This document shows, piece by piece, positions 1 through 12,640 of a DNA stretch of 64,000 nucleotides. A model generated the notes under the pieces. It was not told the DNA's origin. It searched no databases and saw only the letters and a list, made by a program, of their open reading frames with translations. The DNA lies in contig RDEW01000001.1 of the NCBI GenBank assembly GCA_011109175.1, positions 1,068,360-1,132,359 on the forward strand, in the 5' to 3' direction. The position numbers were made by a program, and so were the translations under genes. This stretch comes from Dicyema japonicum (Eukaryota > Animalia > Dicyemida). Position 1 is the stretch's first letter. Each line of letters opens with the position of its first letter.

Positions 1-486
1 GAAAGAAATCCACAAAAAGCATTTTAAAATAAACCCAGAAACAACCTTGCATGTCAAAACTCCCCACGTGGGTTATCATAAAATTTTAATAGAATAACAA
101 CGAACCAAAACATTGATAAGCTTATTGACCCATCAAATCTTTCCTTCAGACCGTCTGTGACTGCTCCGAAAGATGAGAGGGTGTAAAAATTTGAGGACGA
201 GGCAAGCAGTTGGATGAGTTGTCTGAGCATCAGGGCTCGACAGGAATCATGGAAGTCCTCTAACAGGAGTTAACCTATTCTTTTACTAGTAAAGAGAATT
301 ACAGACTGTGGTCAGCTTACATGAAAACTACAATTTAACGAAAATTTTTTGTCAAGCTTAATCTTTTTAAGGCAGAAAAGGCCATTTAGAAGAATTCATG
401 TTCCGTGGAAACCACGAGTTCGTTCTCGGATTTCAACCAGCACTTATAACACTGCGTCATTCAGAAAAATAATTAACCTTTTACAA

Positions 487-790
487 TTAACTGTTTGTTT
501 AGTCTGTTCACCCTCTTCCTCTTCCTACTAGAATGGGTTCATATGATCCACCTGTCTCAGGTGGTGCCCAGTGCAAGGCTGGAACGAAGAAAAATCATTT
601 GCTCTCTCTCACTCACTGAAGGGGTTTTCATACCTCCAAGAAATGGACGTCTTTTACCTTTTATGGTGGTTCCGGAGGACTTATGTGACGTTGAAGTCTC
701 TGCTTCTGCAACAGCGGAAACTGGATACACTTAACTAGTTGATAACAGTTAAATTTTTTTCGATGTATCCGCGGTTAATAAATTAATTAA
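487..790 (+). mobile_element. Short bipartite non-autonomous LINE derivative (5' leader plus 3' end)
   Basis: The leader (ctgtttgtttagtctgttc...ccacctgtctcaggtgg) is homologous to 5460-5540 and 40560-40610(-). The ORF ends ...TGYT*, followed by a GGATACA(723-729)/TGTATCC(764-770) stem and a gcggttaataaatt tail. Confidence 0.65.
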
Positions 791-935
791 CCTTGTACAA
801 GAAATATTTAAAATTTTAATTAATTATATTTTTAAAATAATAGATTAGTAATTTATATAAAAAAAATCGCCTTTGTGCTGCTTTTGCATAGTTTTTCTAT
901 CAATTTAATTTATTTTTTTAAGTTTTAATTTATGT

Positions 936-1215
936 TTGATTGAATGCCATCCATCCAAAGTGGACCCCGCCGACATTATCGGTGTTGCGTTGCTTCTCAC
1001 GATTGCAACAGAAATCAACTGGAGAGGCCACCGGGTCTCACGTGTGTCGTGGCTTTTTAGTATAGCTAAGCGTCCAAGTTTCTTTAGGAAGCGAAGTGTT
1101 TTTAGCCACTATTTGACAGTTACTTGTATGGGCTGGGAGCGTCCGCTCTTGGCTGTAACGTTTTTGTTAGTCATCGGTTTCTTTCACTCGAAGAGACCAG
1201 GGGTAAATAAATAAA
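936..1215 (+). mobile_element. Probable LINE 3' end fragment
   Basis: Ends ggggtaaataaataaa like other LINE 3' ends in the window, with an AVT motif just upstream. No diagnostic protein motif. Confidence 0.3.
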
Positions 1216-1589
1216 TTTTTATATGGACTGTCTAATATTATTAATATATTACTAATTGTTACCACAAGACTAATTCCTCGTGTCTTTCTTGTTGTCCCTA
1301 ATAGTTTTAGCTGTATTGAACATATTCATTTAGAGCCTCAGCATTAATTTGGAGATTATTTAGGAAGTAAACCTGGTTTCCAATAATTTGCCAGTTGTAT
1401 GTTCTGAGTTTTTCTAGGCTTCCATCCGTCCTGGTTAGCCGGGACAGTCTTGGATTTGGAGCCTTGTCCCGAATTATTATATTTATTATTATTTAGTAAT
1501 GTGATATTGTTACAAACTATACTATTAAAAAGATTAAACATTAAAGAAATATTTTATTTAGGAAAAAAAGCAAGCAAATGGTCATAATG

Positions 1590-2060
1590 CGGCTGCCCTG
1601 AATGCTGGCTAATCCTTCTCAGGAAAACAAGCGAGATTCGCTCAAATAATCAGCAGCACTCATTGGGTCCCCTGATCGTACAGTAGTCTAATTTCCTAGA
1701 CGACTCAAAAATTGCAGAGTCGCAGGCGCAAAGGAACCAGCGGTCTCAACGGCGACTAGTTACAAACAAAAAATTCTTCGGCAGGATCGCGTACTTTTCC
1801 CGCTTCAACCTCTCGGTCTTCTCTGCAACAAAACAGGCTCCAGAAGCACTATGGAAGATGTTGCAAGGAGCAATCGTGTTGGTGTAGATAACGTCCCAGA
1901 CAAGAGGATTCCCGGATTCAAAAAGAAAGATTGTTATCCCATCTGGTCGTTTCCCGTCACGCCTGCAAAGACCGACTGGTTCGAGCATAGAGGAGTGTCC
2001 GGCAAACGACTTCGCTCAATGCCATGTGTCTGGGAAATCTGTCTGCACTCTTCCTGCTGG
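1590..2060 (-). mobile_element. CRE-clade non-LTR retrotransposon, 3' RLE fragment
   Basis: Translates as GLCRRDGKRPDGITIFLFESGNPLVWD...AEKTERLKREKY, containing the RPDG endonuclease motif; a PNECC*LFERISL-like terminus follows. Confidence 0.85.
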
Positions 2061-2454
2061 AAAGAAACAATTATAAAAATAATATTAAATTTAAATTAAT
2101 GTAGGAAATTCTTTAAAAATTGTTTGTGATGGTTCAAGGCCATGTGTCTGGGAAATTTGTCTGCACTCTTCCTGCTGGAAAGAAACAATTATAAAAATAA
2201 TTTTAAATTTAAATTAATGTAGGAAATTCTTTAAAAATTGTTTGTGATGCCTCACCTGTCAGAGAAATTTTATTTTTAATCAAGCAATTAGAAAGGATCA
2301 GCCATATCTTTAAAAATGCTAAAACGATAATACCGCTGAAATCATGCTGTGCTATTCGCGCTTCTCAATTTCTTACGGAGGTCGCTTATATAAAGGCATA
2401 TGTATCATCAAATAAGTATAAAATATGCATTTTAACAGCAACACAAAATGCTTC

Positions 2455-2840
2455 ACTCATCAGTAGGAGCATCAAAACTCGTATCCATTGGATTACTTCC
2501 ATGTATGAGACCAGTGAGATACATGGTGTCAGAGTGCTTTGCAGTCTTACGATGTAAATTAGAATTGAAAAGTTGCATGTGGATATGTTCTCCCGAGTCT
2601 AAATAAAGGAGAACGACAAACAGCATGAAATATAAATACCACCAAAGGAGTCATGATAGAGGAGACCACAGGATCGTTGCTGATGCTACTGAGGGAACCC
2701 ATTCTTTTGCTGTCGTTAACCTCAACCAGGGTCTTCGTCAAATCCACAAAGAAGAGATTTTCTTCCTACACTTTACCCGGGTCTTCGTCAAATCCACAAG
2801 AAGAGATGTTCTTTATTTTAAGCCGTGATTAGCTGAAAAA
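2455..2840 (-). pseudogene. Unidentified spliced gene fragment, copy A (paralogue of 6230-6590)
   Basis: Closely similar to 6230-6590. It has a GT...AG intron-like segment and a protein-like frame, DSGEH.NVQLFNSNLHRKTAKHSDT. No family recognised. Confidence 0.4.
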
Positions 2841-2859
2841 AATAATAAAGCAATTGGAT

Positions 2860-3215
2860 CTTGAAATATTGATGAATTTGTAAATGTTGAATCGTTTGCT
2901 CAACAAAAACTAAGGAATAGAAAACTAATCAAGATAATTGCGAATTAAATTGGATGCATGTTTGTAAATATTTTTCATGAGAAGAGTATTCAAATTACTA
3001 ATTTTATTAAAATTATATGTTTTTTGCTTACCCGGCACTACTGCTCCTGTAGAAAGAATATTTTTAATTATGAATTCCACTTGGTCAAATAAAGAGGTCG
3101 AGTGAAAGAAGAAACCCTAAAATCATTATTGAGTTGTAAATTGACATGCTGTGTGTAGATTTTTGAAAAAATATCAAAAATTTCTAGATAAAGTTCAGTA
3201 AGTTCAAAAATATAA
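2860..3215 (+). mobile_element. hAT transposase C-terminal dimerisation-domain remnant
   Basis: LPGTTAPVERIFLIMNSTWS matches the hAT dimerisation motif; it contains stops. Confidence 0.75.
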
Positions 3216-3660
3216 TCGACCAAAGATTATAAGCCTAGGGGTAATAAATAAACACTTAATTTAATAACAACCCCAGATATCCAGTTCTCAGTATCACATC
3301 CTTTCTATTATCGACTCCCTCTACCGAATTATAGAAGAGAGAGATCATTTTTAGATGCTGGCCATACATTGGACGTTTCTTGAGTTAAATGGATCAATGA
3401 CGCCTCTATGAACTGAAGAAGGCAACGAGTGTGGAGGAAATCCTCCGACCAAGTAGGGTTCCACGTGTGTTCTAAGCCCTCTTTTATTTAACTATGTGAT
3501 AATAATAATTAAGAGGAGCATTCAAAAATTGTGCAAATTCAATGTCTTGGAATAGATTACCTTGGTCTGTGGATCAGAGGGGATCTTTAGAAGATTATAT
3601 CAATAGCTGAAGGACAACACCTTCGTATGAATCTGGGGATGTTCCTCTATGTATATACAA

Positions 3661-5340
3661 CTAGGATTGAACCGCTCTTGGTCTATGGCCTTCAGAGATG
3701 GAAGAGAAGAAAAGGCAACTTCGCTGAGCTTCTTGATAGATCAAGATGTCATTCAATTGGCATACGGAATGTATCCAAGTATGAAGGTTATGCAAGCAAT
3801 CATCCAAATACCATACTCTCAGAGGAGTGGAGCAGTATCCTGTGATACGGGCAATTCCCAGGCTGAACAAGGCGGGCCCCAGTGGGTCTCCTTGTTGGAC
3901 TCCAGAAGACGATGGAATGTAATATTGGCCATGTACCAGACTGGATGGTTTTCCGTACGAACTATGAATATAGCTGTACACTGATGGGTAGTATGTGAAG
4001 CAATCCTCCAGAATTGTATCACGTCGTATCGAGTTGAAGGCATTTTTAATGTCAATTTTGACGATTACGTGAGGAATGTTCACGTTCTTTTCGGTGAATG
4101 TTCGGACAGCATGAACTGCCGCTTCACAACCCCCCGGTGTGCCGACCCCTATTTGGGTTGGTTGCAGCTGTGTTATCAGCGTAGGTAGGATTGCTCTGCA
4201 TACAAGCTTTGATGCCAACCGACGGAAGACCATTCCGACTGCAATAGGGCGTATTCCACCTCCCTTCTTGTCGAATGCGATTAACTTTGCGGAAAACATT
4301 ACGTGTCGAATTGTTTCTGGTAGTGTCCCTGATAGCATCCTGTTCATTAGTTTGGTGATAGCCAACACGAGCCGGACCCCAGAGTTGCCCGTGTTATGAG
4401 CAATGAGATCTTTGATGTGACCCGGACGGAGCCCATCTAGTCCTCCACTGCTACTCGGGACGAAAGAGAGGATACCATCTTTTACGTCCTCTTCAGAGAC
4501 AAGCAGATTGGGTAATTGTCCTGGGCAAGGGGGAACCCGGTGGTCGTTGGGAAGACTTGGGTGTCGCTCAACAAGTGATGCGTAGGACTGTTCGGACGGC
4601 TCAATTATACATTGTTGATCTGCAAGGATCCTCACCGCAGCACGGATACCACCTTCCGAAAGTTTTCGACGGATCGCGCTTCTTAATCTCTGAGTGTCCG
4701 AGATAGTCGATGTTGGCTTCTCGTGGTTTTGAAATTTGTAGGTGAGCTTTTCTGAGTTTGCCAATAGGTTTTTTGAGAAGAATGTGTGGACATTTTCCTT
4801 TACTAATGACGTAAGTGATTTCTCCTCTTTCCCCCTCCTATGGGGTATGCATAGTGTGAATGGAGCAAAGCAAAATAATCGTACCCAATCATCAGAGTCG
4901 TCCGAAGAAACTGCCCTTTCAATACACTCACATAGGCAGTCCGCGACAGATATACGGGCAGCTTTGGGGATCCTAATCAGGAGTCTTCGTGTGTGTGTCA
5001 GGTTGGAGATCAATTCAAGTATTTCCTGATGGTCTAGTGGAACATGTTCAGAAGGGTAGCGTAGGGAAGAGTTTGTCGAATTATCTGATAGGAGACAAGA
5101 TCGACAGTGCCAATCAAAAATGGCAGCCAGGGCTCTTTTAGTCATTCCGGCAGGCACAGGACATGTGGAAGTCATACGAACATGCTGTGCAATGGATCAT
5201 CCGCTTTCTTTTGTTCATTATGTTGCACTTTATGCAGATCTCATCCTCTTTTGCAGTTTACTGTATGTCCTTTTCTGATTTTCCTTTATTATTCTCTTCT
5301 TTTAGCAACGACACAACGTATAATAAAATGAATTATGGTA
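3661..5340 (-). mobile_element. CRE-clade non-LTR retrotransposon, 5' part with PHD finger and RT, truncated shortly after YLDD
   Basis: The 504-aa ORF has RIPKAAR, SSGGLDGLRPGHIKDL, GGIRPIAVG, D.KNAFNS, GVQQGDPLGPALF and WYLDD. The upstream frame gives a C4HC3 finger broken by a 4-nt duplication at about 5150. Confidence 0.92.
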
Positions 5341-5419
5341 TATAAAATCAAAAATGGAATCTATAACCTCGTAATCATAAAACATTTTTTAAGTTATATA
5401 ATTTAACTCATTAATGTCA

Positions 5420-5650
5420 CCGCGTAACGATATGTTGTGCTACGTGGCCAATTGGTTGAAGTTTTCTGTTTGTTTTGTCTGTTCCTTCTTTTTTCTTTCT
5501 ACTAGAGAGGCTTCATGTGATTCACCAGTCTCAGGTGACAGGTTGACACGAAAAAAGATCGTTTGCTCTCACCCACTCTACTGGAAACTGCATACACTTA
5601 ACTAGTTTACTTAACTTCTTTTTCTGTGAATCCGGGGTTAATAAATTAAA
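5420..5650 (+). mobile_element. Short bipartite non-autonomous LINE derivative (about 230 bp)
   Basis: 5' hairpin ccgcgta(5420-5426)/tacgtgg(5441-5447), internal hairpin tcacc-agtctca-ggtga (5522-5538), and 3' end catacacttaactagtt...ccggggttaataaatt homologous to 720-790. Confidence 0.7.
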
Positions 5651-6138
5651 TTAAAGATGACTCTTTTTTGAAAATGGCATTTTATGGTAAAAATTGCAGA
5701 AAGCTTACCAAAGAGTATAAGCCTGGGGGTAATAAATAAATACACCTAAAAAAACATCACCCTTAGACTCCCTTCCACAAACTGGCATAACATGTTAAAG
5801 CATCAATGAGTCATACGGGACTCTGAGTATTTTAAGAATTTAAATTGTAGGGTAAAAGTTAATAGCTGACAGCCAATAATGTCATCACGATTTCCTATAG
5901 CGACAAGTTCTTCCAAGATCACACAAAAGTTCAGAACAAGATCATACAGAATCAAACGAAAGGAAAGAAAACGTCCAGTTCTCTCAGTTGTTGGAATCTC
6001 TCTAGTTTTATGCTGTTTGTTCTTCTTATGATGACTAAAAGACAGTGTCCTCAATAATATTGCCTTTCTATTTGCTCTTCACTTATAGGGCTTAGGAGTT
6101 AATGAACCCTAACTTTACGGATCCGATCCTTACTTTGA

Positions 6139-6920
6139 TCACGTCAAAACAGGGAAGTTGAGTTTGAAATTCCCTTCCTGTTTGAAATATTTGGATGGGA
6201 GTGCATAGTTCATAAGATATACTTCAAAACCCGTATCCATTGGACTACTTACATGTATGAGACCAGTTAGATACCTGGTGTCAGAGTGCTTTGCAGTCTT
6301 ACAATGTAAATTAGAATTGAAAAGTTGCACGTTGATATGTTCTCCCGAGTCTAAATAAAGGAGAACGACAAACAGCATGAAATATAAATACCATCAAAGG
6401 AGTCATGATAGAGGAGACCACAGGATCGTTGCTGATGCTACTGAGAGACCCATTCTTTTGCTGTCGTTAACCTCAACCAGGGTCTTCGTCAAATCCACAA
6501 AGAAAAGATTTTCTTCCTACCCTCCACCTGGGTCTTTGTCAAATCCACTAAAAGAGATGTTCTTTATTTTAAGCCGTGATTAGCTGAACCCCCTCTATAA
6601 CTAGCCAGTGACCTTTGAGTTGTCCATCCAAGAGGATTTTAGGGTAAAAAATTTGTCCTTATTAGGAATCACAGCCTCGTTTCTAGAAATTAAGCAGGTT
6701 CCCGGGTAGAAGAAAACAGAATCAATCAAAGCAGACACCACGTGGTCTAGTCTGACTATATGATTCTTGGTCTTGTTTTTTTAGCATTTGCCATTCTAAA
6801 GTTTAGAATTAAAGGGTCACTGAGATAATTTCCATAGGTAGTTGATATCACTGGTCAGTAATAATAGAAAGCACATCCATTGCGACTGTCGACTCACTCA
6901 TCAGTAGGAGCATCAAGTGT
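6139..6920 (-). pseudogene. Unidentified spliced gene fragment(s), copy B
   Basis: Protein-like frames LDSGEHINVQLFNSNLHCKTAKHSDTRYLTGLIH and YGNYLSDPLILNFRMANAKKTRPRII.RLDHVVSAL, with stops. 6230-6590 is shared with 2470-2840, and tcactcatcagtaggagcatcaa is shared with 2455. Confidence 0.4.
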
Positions 6921-7139
6921 GTTATAATATATATTCTTGATTGAGACTTCCCTAGGTCATCCACTATAAGATCAGGCAGTCGATTGAATACGCACAACTT
7001 TAACATTATTTATTCTATTTTAAAACCCCAAGGCCACCAAGAAAAAGGATTAACTCACTAATTAGGAATTCCGAACATCCAATGTCTCTCGAATGCTACT
7101 AGAATGCTAACCAGCAATCTAACTGCTTTCAGGACGTGC

Positions 7140-7850
7140 CTTCTTTTATGTCTGCAGAAGAATTATATTTGTGTGTACTTTTATGGTCGAACTGAACATC
7201 TGCATAAGCCGACATTTTTCTGAAAAGTTTCTTAGGTCCCTGCAGATACGTAGGAAGCCCTGTGCATTTTCAACATCGTCGCCTTTGAAAGGAGACTGGA
7301 TATGGTGTCTGATTGCATATGCGTTATGATTTTCCCCTGAAAGAGTTTATAAAATCGATCTCGAAGAAGGAAGAGAGAATCTCCAGGAAGAACAGGCATA
7401 TTCAATTTTCGGCACAATGACTTGAAAATATAGTTTGCTGATGGAAGCTGTAGGTGTGATGGGACTTTTCTTTATGATAGCTTNTACAATCATACAGAAA
7501 TTTTGAACCGATGCCATGTCCAATGAGAAGAGCTGTTCAGGATTCTCGAACCCGCTGGACTCGTCCTCACCTTTGTCGGTCTGGGATCACTTAGTTAGAT
7601 GAGAACTTTTATTTCTTTCTCTTTGACCCAGTTATCCTGGAAATAATAATAATAGATGAAATTAAAACGAAACCTTTTCGTTTTCAACGTTCTCAAAAAG
7701 ATCCATTTCATTGTCGGTCTGGGATCACTTAGTTAGATGAGAACTTTTATTTCTTTCTCTTTGACCCAGTTATCCTGGAAATAATAATAATAGATGAAAT
7801 TAAAACGAAACCTTTTCGTTTTCAACGTTCTCAAAAAGATCCATTTCAAT
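7140..7850. mobile_element. LINE fragments: RT piece (-) and a 3' end (+) ending SGIT*, tandemly duplicated
   Basis: ggtctgggatcacttagttag...tgacccag hairpin at about 7578-7630, repeated at about 7715-7767. Confidence 0.55.
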
Positions 7851-7869
7851 TTCGCTTAAATTAGATGCT

Positions 7870-8330
7870 ATTTCATTCTTGTTTACGGGATTCATTTCAG
7901 TAGCTTCTTAGTGGATGAGTATCTTATTATCATCAATTAATGATGTTATTTCTTCTTTTTCATCTATTGCATTTTTTCGAATATTGTATAGACATAAATT
8001 CTTCGATTTCAATCAGATCGTGAATATCCGTATTGGATAATATTTCTTATGTTCACATTTACTAAAGGTGTGCTAATACCCGATTTTTTTGAATTTGAAA
8101 ACAATTTTTGATTGTTTTAGTTGATACATAGTGGATATCTCCCAGGCCATGTTTTCTTTTTCCAATAATCGAGTAAGATACTCCAATTTGTGTCTATTAA
8201 AGTGGACTTTGATTGTTTTAATAATTCCATAATTTATTGGCTGAATTATTCCTGTATTTTAATATTTTCTAAATTCGATGGCAAGCAATGAGAAGGACAA
8301 ATTTATAAGGAGCAAAATTGACTTCTCTGC
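7870..8330 (-). mobile_element. pogo/Tigger DDE transposase remnant
   Basis: GIIQPINYGIIKTIKVHFNRHKL...AWEI matches the pogo IQP.D.GII..K motif. Confidence 0.6.
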
Positions 8331-8477
8331 GCTAAAAGGTTATCGAATTTAATCATTCAGTTAATAAAAAATAAATCCGGTCATCCACGCTCTTTTAGAA
8401 CTGTAATAAGAAAAAGAACACCGATAATTTTTGAAACACCTTAACATTTATGATTTTCCAATCAAAAAGGCTTTAAT

Positions 8478-8755
8478 TGGCATAGTGGTTAGGTGTCGGG
8501 TTAAAGTGACTTAGGCTACGGGTTTGATTCTCGCTGCTGTTCACCTGGTGTAAGGTTCCACGCATCTACGATGCTGAAAAAGTTTGACGAGTGACGCCGT
8601 CATCAGTGGATATTCACTGCGGTACTGAATTGTCTAGAAAGGACCCACACACAAGAAAAAGAATAAAAAGTGAAGATTATTCCTTGGTTCTACGAGTAGA
8701 TAAAATTAACTGTTCTTTATTTAAATAAAATGTATCCTGCCTACAGATCCTCTAT
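8478..8755 (+). mobile_element. tRNA-derived SINE, copy 1
   Basis: A-box TGGCATAGTGG at 8478 and B-box-like GGTTTGATTCT. Core and tail are homologous to 32272-32545 and 62215-62290(-). Confidence 0.75.
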
Positions 8756-11339
8756 ATTTTAAGTTCTTGTATCCTCCGTTTATGCATCGTTAAACAATGC
8801 ACCTTAAAATTTAAAAACATTAAAAATACCTTTTGATTCCATAGAATCCATCCACTCAACAAGCTTTTCATCAAGTTACGGGAACTTTAACTTTTTGACT
8901 GTTTTTGTTGAGGAATTTTTAGTTTTGAATTATCACGACTGTTTAAGATAGCATTAAATGCCCTCCAGCAAATGTTCACTTAAAAAAAAATTTTGTCGGC
9001 AATTCTTTGGAATGATAATAAGTTGTTGTCGTCCTTATACAGAAAAGCATGATTCAGCGTATTTAATTGAGGTGTTTACAAACCTCTATATCAATTTACA
9101 TAACCGAAAGTGAGTTATTATATTCTTGTTAATCATGGTCACAGAATTGAGAATTTTCCCAAAACTGTGTTTATATCCCACGAACATGATCTTGAGTGCT
9201 TTTTTACCGCTACTGTCTGAATATATGATCGAACATTTTCTTTGATCTGAAGGACCCCTACCTAATTGAAAATCTCAATTTAAAAAAATTTACATATTAG
9301 ATATAATTGAATTATGAAATAAACCACGTCAAATATGATTTTAAGGTGTAAATTGAAATCTGATTCATTAGTGCTAAACAAGTCTATTTAATTTATGGGG
9401 GAATACGAAATGGTAAGGGTGGCCAAACGACTTCTACCCAGAAAGTATCCTTAAGAAATCAACAAACACAAAATTGTCTCTGAAGATAAATCCAAAATCT
9501 GATTCAATGTTCCTATTCATTAGAATTTCAAATACAACAATATTTTTATGACTTGTAAAAATCAAAACGAAAAGCTTAAAATCATAAAAATTGAATTCAA
9601 TTATTTTATTTTCTGATACAATTAAAAAGAATTTTTAGTTTAATTTAAAATTATATCATCTTGACTCAAATAATTATCGACTTTCTAAATTCACGCACAT
9701 ATTTCACACACAAATTTATCTTATTGTCATTTATCATTGAGAAGTTTTAATTTTCCCACTATGAAAATATTTTTTTAATTGAATGCGTTTCTATTGGATT
9801 AAACATTTTTAATTACGTTAAAATTTCCTAATTGCTTCCCATTTCAACAAAATAAAGCAAGAAAATCAGTAAAGTTTCCAATCTGTTAATGATTTTCTAT
9901 TTTGATCTTCATTGTAATATAATGCTTATAGAAAATCTAAGAAAGATTGATTAAAGGAAAAAATCTTTTTCAAGGTTGTACAATTATCATAACAAACAAA
10001 AACGCTTATTAAGTTATAAAGTCTGTACCAATAAAAATCGCCCTTTGTGTAAAAACATTGGTCTCTGGAATCGAATTTCTACACGCACAGTAGATCTCTG
10101 TGAGTGCTTCTGGCTATTTGAGTGAAAATCACTAACCATCATGAGAGGGAATAGCCACGCAATCAGGACAGTACAGTATGACACACGGCTTATTGTTTCT
10201 TTTAAATAAATTCATTTATGATTTGAAAATATTTGTTCAAAAAGAGATAACGATTATTTAAATGATGCAAGACATTGAAGTATTTTTTAAATCAACTGTA
10301 AGTGAGAAAACCAATTACAAGTACAAACCCGTAATGCTTATCAATGGAAGCCAAGTATTTGGATTGAGCAGAGAGACATCAATATCTTGAAGTGTTAGAA
10401 GATGAACGGAATAACACTCTAAAGGACGAGCGAGGACATCGATGTCGAGGTTCGTTGTATTTTCTGAGGTACGATTGCATGTATGATACTCGAACAAAAA
10501 AAAACTATACCTTCCCAGATATAAACTTTGGAGAGTTTAGCATCAGCAAAGGCGATTTATGGTCACCGACAAGATCGAAATCTGATTTTAGAGATGAAAG
10601 GTCTAACTGCAACCATAGTAGATCTGATTAAAACAGTCTACCATCAGACAACAAGATAGAATAGTGATAATTTAGGATTTCAAGTGAGGAAATTAGATGT
10701 GTTAGTTTAAATTTGCGACGAAAATATGGAATTAAACATTCAAAAAAACTAAAGACTCAAATGCTTTCGTTACGTCTGTTGCAAAATTTTTGAATAAATC
10801 ATTTGGAACAATATTCAATTGCTCTTTATTTGTGGATATATTTATTCGTGAAGAGTGCTTTTGTCAAATGCTTTCGTTACGTCTGTTGCAAAATTTTTGA
10901 ACAAATCATTTGGAACAATATTCAATTGTTTTTTATTTGTGGATGTATTTATTCGTGAAGAGTACTTCTGTGTTTCCCTATGTTTGTTTACAAAAAATTG
11001 TTTCTTGCAAGTTACGTAAATTAGGCAATTCACATAATTTACAAAAAAGCATTCCATTCAGTGTAATTGAAAACTCTTTGGGATATTTGTCACAAATATT
11101 TTTAGCTTTTTTAAAATCGGAATGCTTATTTTTAGGCAAATGTACTGTATAGTTTAGTTAAGGTTAGAGATTTGTTACAATAAGACATAAATCTCACGCC
11201 GAGTATTTTAAAACTATTTTAATTCTTAAAATTATGATATAGTAACTAATTATTATTTTACTATCTTAAAAGGTTAATTCTAATTAAAATTTTCTCTATC
11301 CAATTCTTTTTCTCTTCGAGCAACTATGGTAGTAAACCC

Positions 11340-11975
11340 AATTGTCACAGTCCTTTTCTTCTTCCTCAATATATATTGACATCACTTCACTCACACTCTT
11401 CTCTTGAATTTCTTTATAATCAGACCGAGATTAAATATCCTTTATCCCTTCTTTCTTCTTCCTCAATATATATTGACATCACTTCACTCACACTCTTCTC
11501 TTGAATTTCTTTATAATCAGACCGAGAGTAAATATCCTTTATCCCTTCGTTAAGTTTATCATAACGCCGCGAAACGTCGACTTCGTTCCTATATGATACA
11601 ATCATACTCTCCAAATTCTTCTTGATTACCAGCGATTGAACATACGGATACGTTCTTTCACTTATATTCAAAGATCTGGCATACTTTCACGAATGTGAAG
11701 TCACTAGGCCATCCCAAGTGAGTACAATCGGGACAATCTTGTCCTCTGCGTGGTGTATCAACTCTAGCTCCTTGGAAAGAAGGTCATGCTTCTTCAGCTT
11801 TTTGCATTCCACTTGCTGTAGATTTTGGGAAGATGTTATTCCCACTTCGACCAAAATAATTTTGTTTCTCCTTTTATCAAAAACGAACAAGTCTGGATTG
11901 TTATGCTCAATAATTATGTCCGTTTTAATAAAAAGTATCAACTCTGATTTCAACTGAGTCATTCATTACAATGGA
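11340..11975 (-). mobile_element. R4-like RLE non-LTR retrotransposon, 3' fragment
   Basis: NNPDLFVFDKRRNKIILVEVGITS...PIVLTWDGLVT...YVQSLVIKKNLES is homologous to the endonuclease region at 57173-57800. Confidence 0.85.
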
Positions 11976-12152
11976 TTTCAGTTTCTTCTCGTTTTTGAAT
12001 GAGTTTTCAGTGTCTTTCCAAAAGACAATTTAAAAAATGTTGAACTGGTGACGTGGTTCTGATTAATTATGTCTATTTCACATATGACTAATGATCTCTT
12101 CACACTGGCGTCATTCTACGTCCGTGTATTGAAAGAAAAACATAAAAGGAAG

Positions 12153-12450
12153 NNNNNNNNNNNNNNNNNNNNNNNNNNNNNNNNNNNNNNNNNNNNNNNN
12201 NNNNNNNNNNNNNNNNNNNNNNNNNNNNNNNNNNNNNNNNNNNNNNNNNNNNNNNNNNNNNNNNNNNNNNNNNNNNNNNNNNNNNNNNNNNNNNNNNNNN
12301 NNNNNNNNNNNNNNNNNNNNNNNNNNNNNNNNNNNNNNNNNNNNNNNNNNNNNNNNNNNNNNNNNNNNNNNNNNNNNNNNNNNNNNNNNNNNNNNNNNNN
12401 NNNNNNNNNNNNNNNNNNNNNNNNNNNNNNNNNNNNNNNNNNNNNNNNNN
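12153..12450. other. Assembly gap (run of N)
   Basis: Seen directly. Confidence 1.
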
Positions 12451-12619
12451 CACGTGTGTTTATTCACAACACTTGATTGGCCGTAGTTTGGTTACTCTTG
12501 TCTTTAACCAATGATGGTTTTATGAGACGTCTATAAAAGGACCGTGTTTGAGGAAATCAGTGAGATGCAGAGATCTGTGAGATCATCGAGTCAGGGATTG
12601 AGTTGAATTCAAAAATAAA

Positions 12620-12632
12620 GTTGCTAGGCAAC
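12620..12632. promoter_or_regulatory. RFX X-box-like motif upstream of CCDC151
   Basis: GTTGCTAGGCAAC (reverse complement GTTGCCTAGCAAC) ends 9 nt before the predicted ATG. CCAAT-like and TATAAAA motifs lie at about 12475-12540. Confidence 0.65.
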
Positions 12633-12640
12633 AATTAGTA

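Noticed and set aside
540-575. Calling the leader hairpin (ccacc...ggtggtgcc) an HDV-like ribozyme outright
   Set aside because: It resembles the L1Tc signature, but I could not trace P1.1, P2 and the catalytic C consistently across copies, and it is not at the 5' terminus. Kept only as a hypothesis.
8478-8550. Possible tRNA genes here and at 32272-32340
   Set aside because: A and B boxes are present but there is no full cloverleaf, and both continue into a shared SINE body.
8560-8615. Possible hammerhead ribozyme on the minus strand of the SINE core (CTGATGA present in both copies)
   Set aside because: No GAAA follows a stem II in either copy, so the catalytic core is incomplete.
9000-9300. 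Possible Merlin/ISXO2 transposase remnant (IIYSD...GYKH)
   Set aside because: Too short and degenerate to support.
12069-12476. Three ORFs of 117-135 aa in the ORF track
   Set aside because: They consist almost entirely of the N gap.
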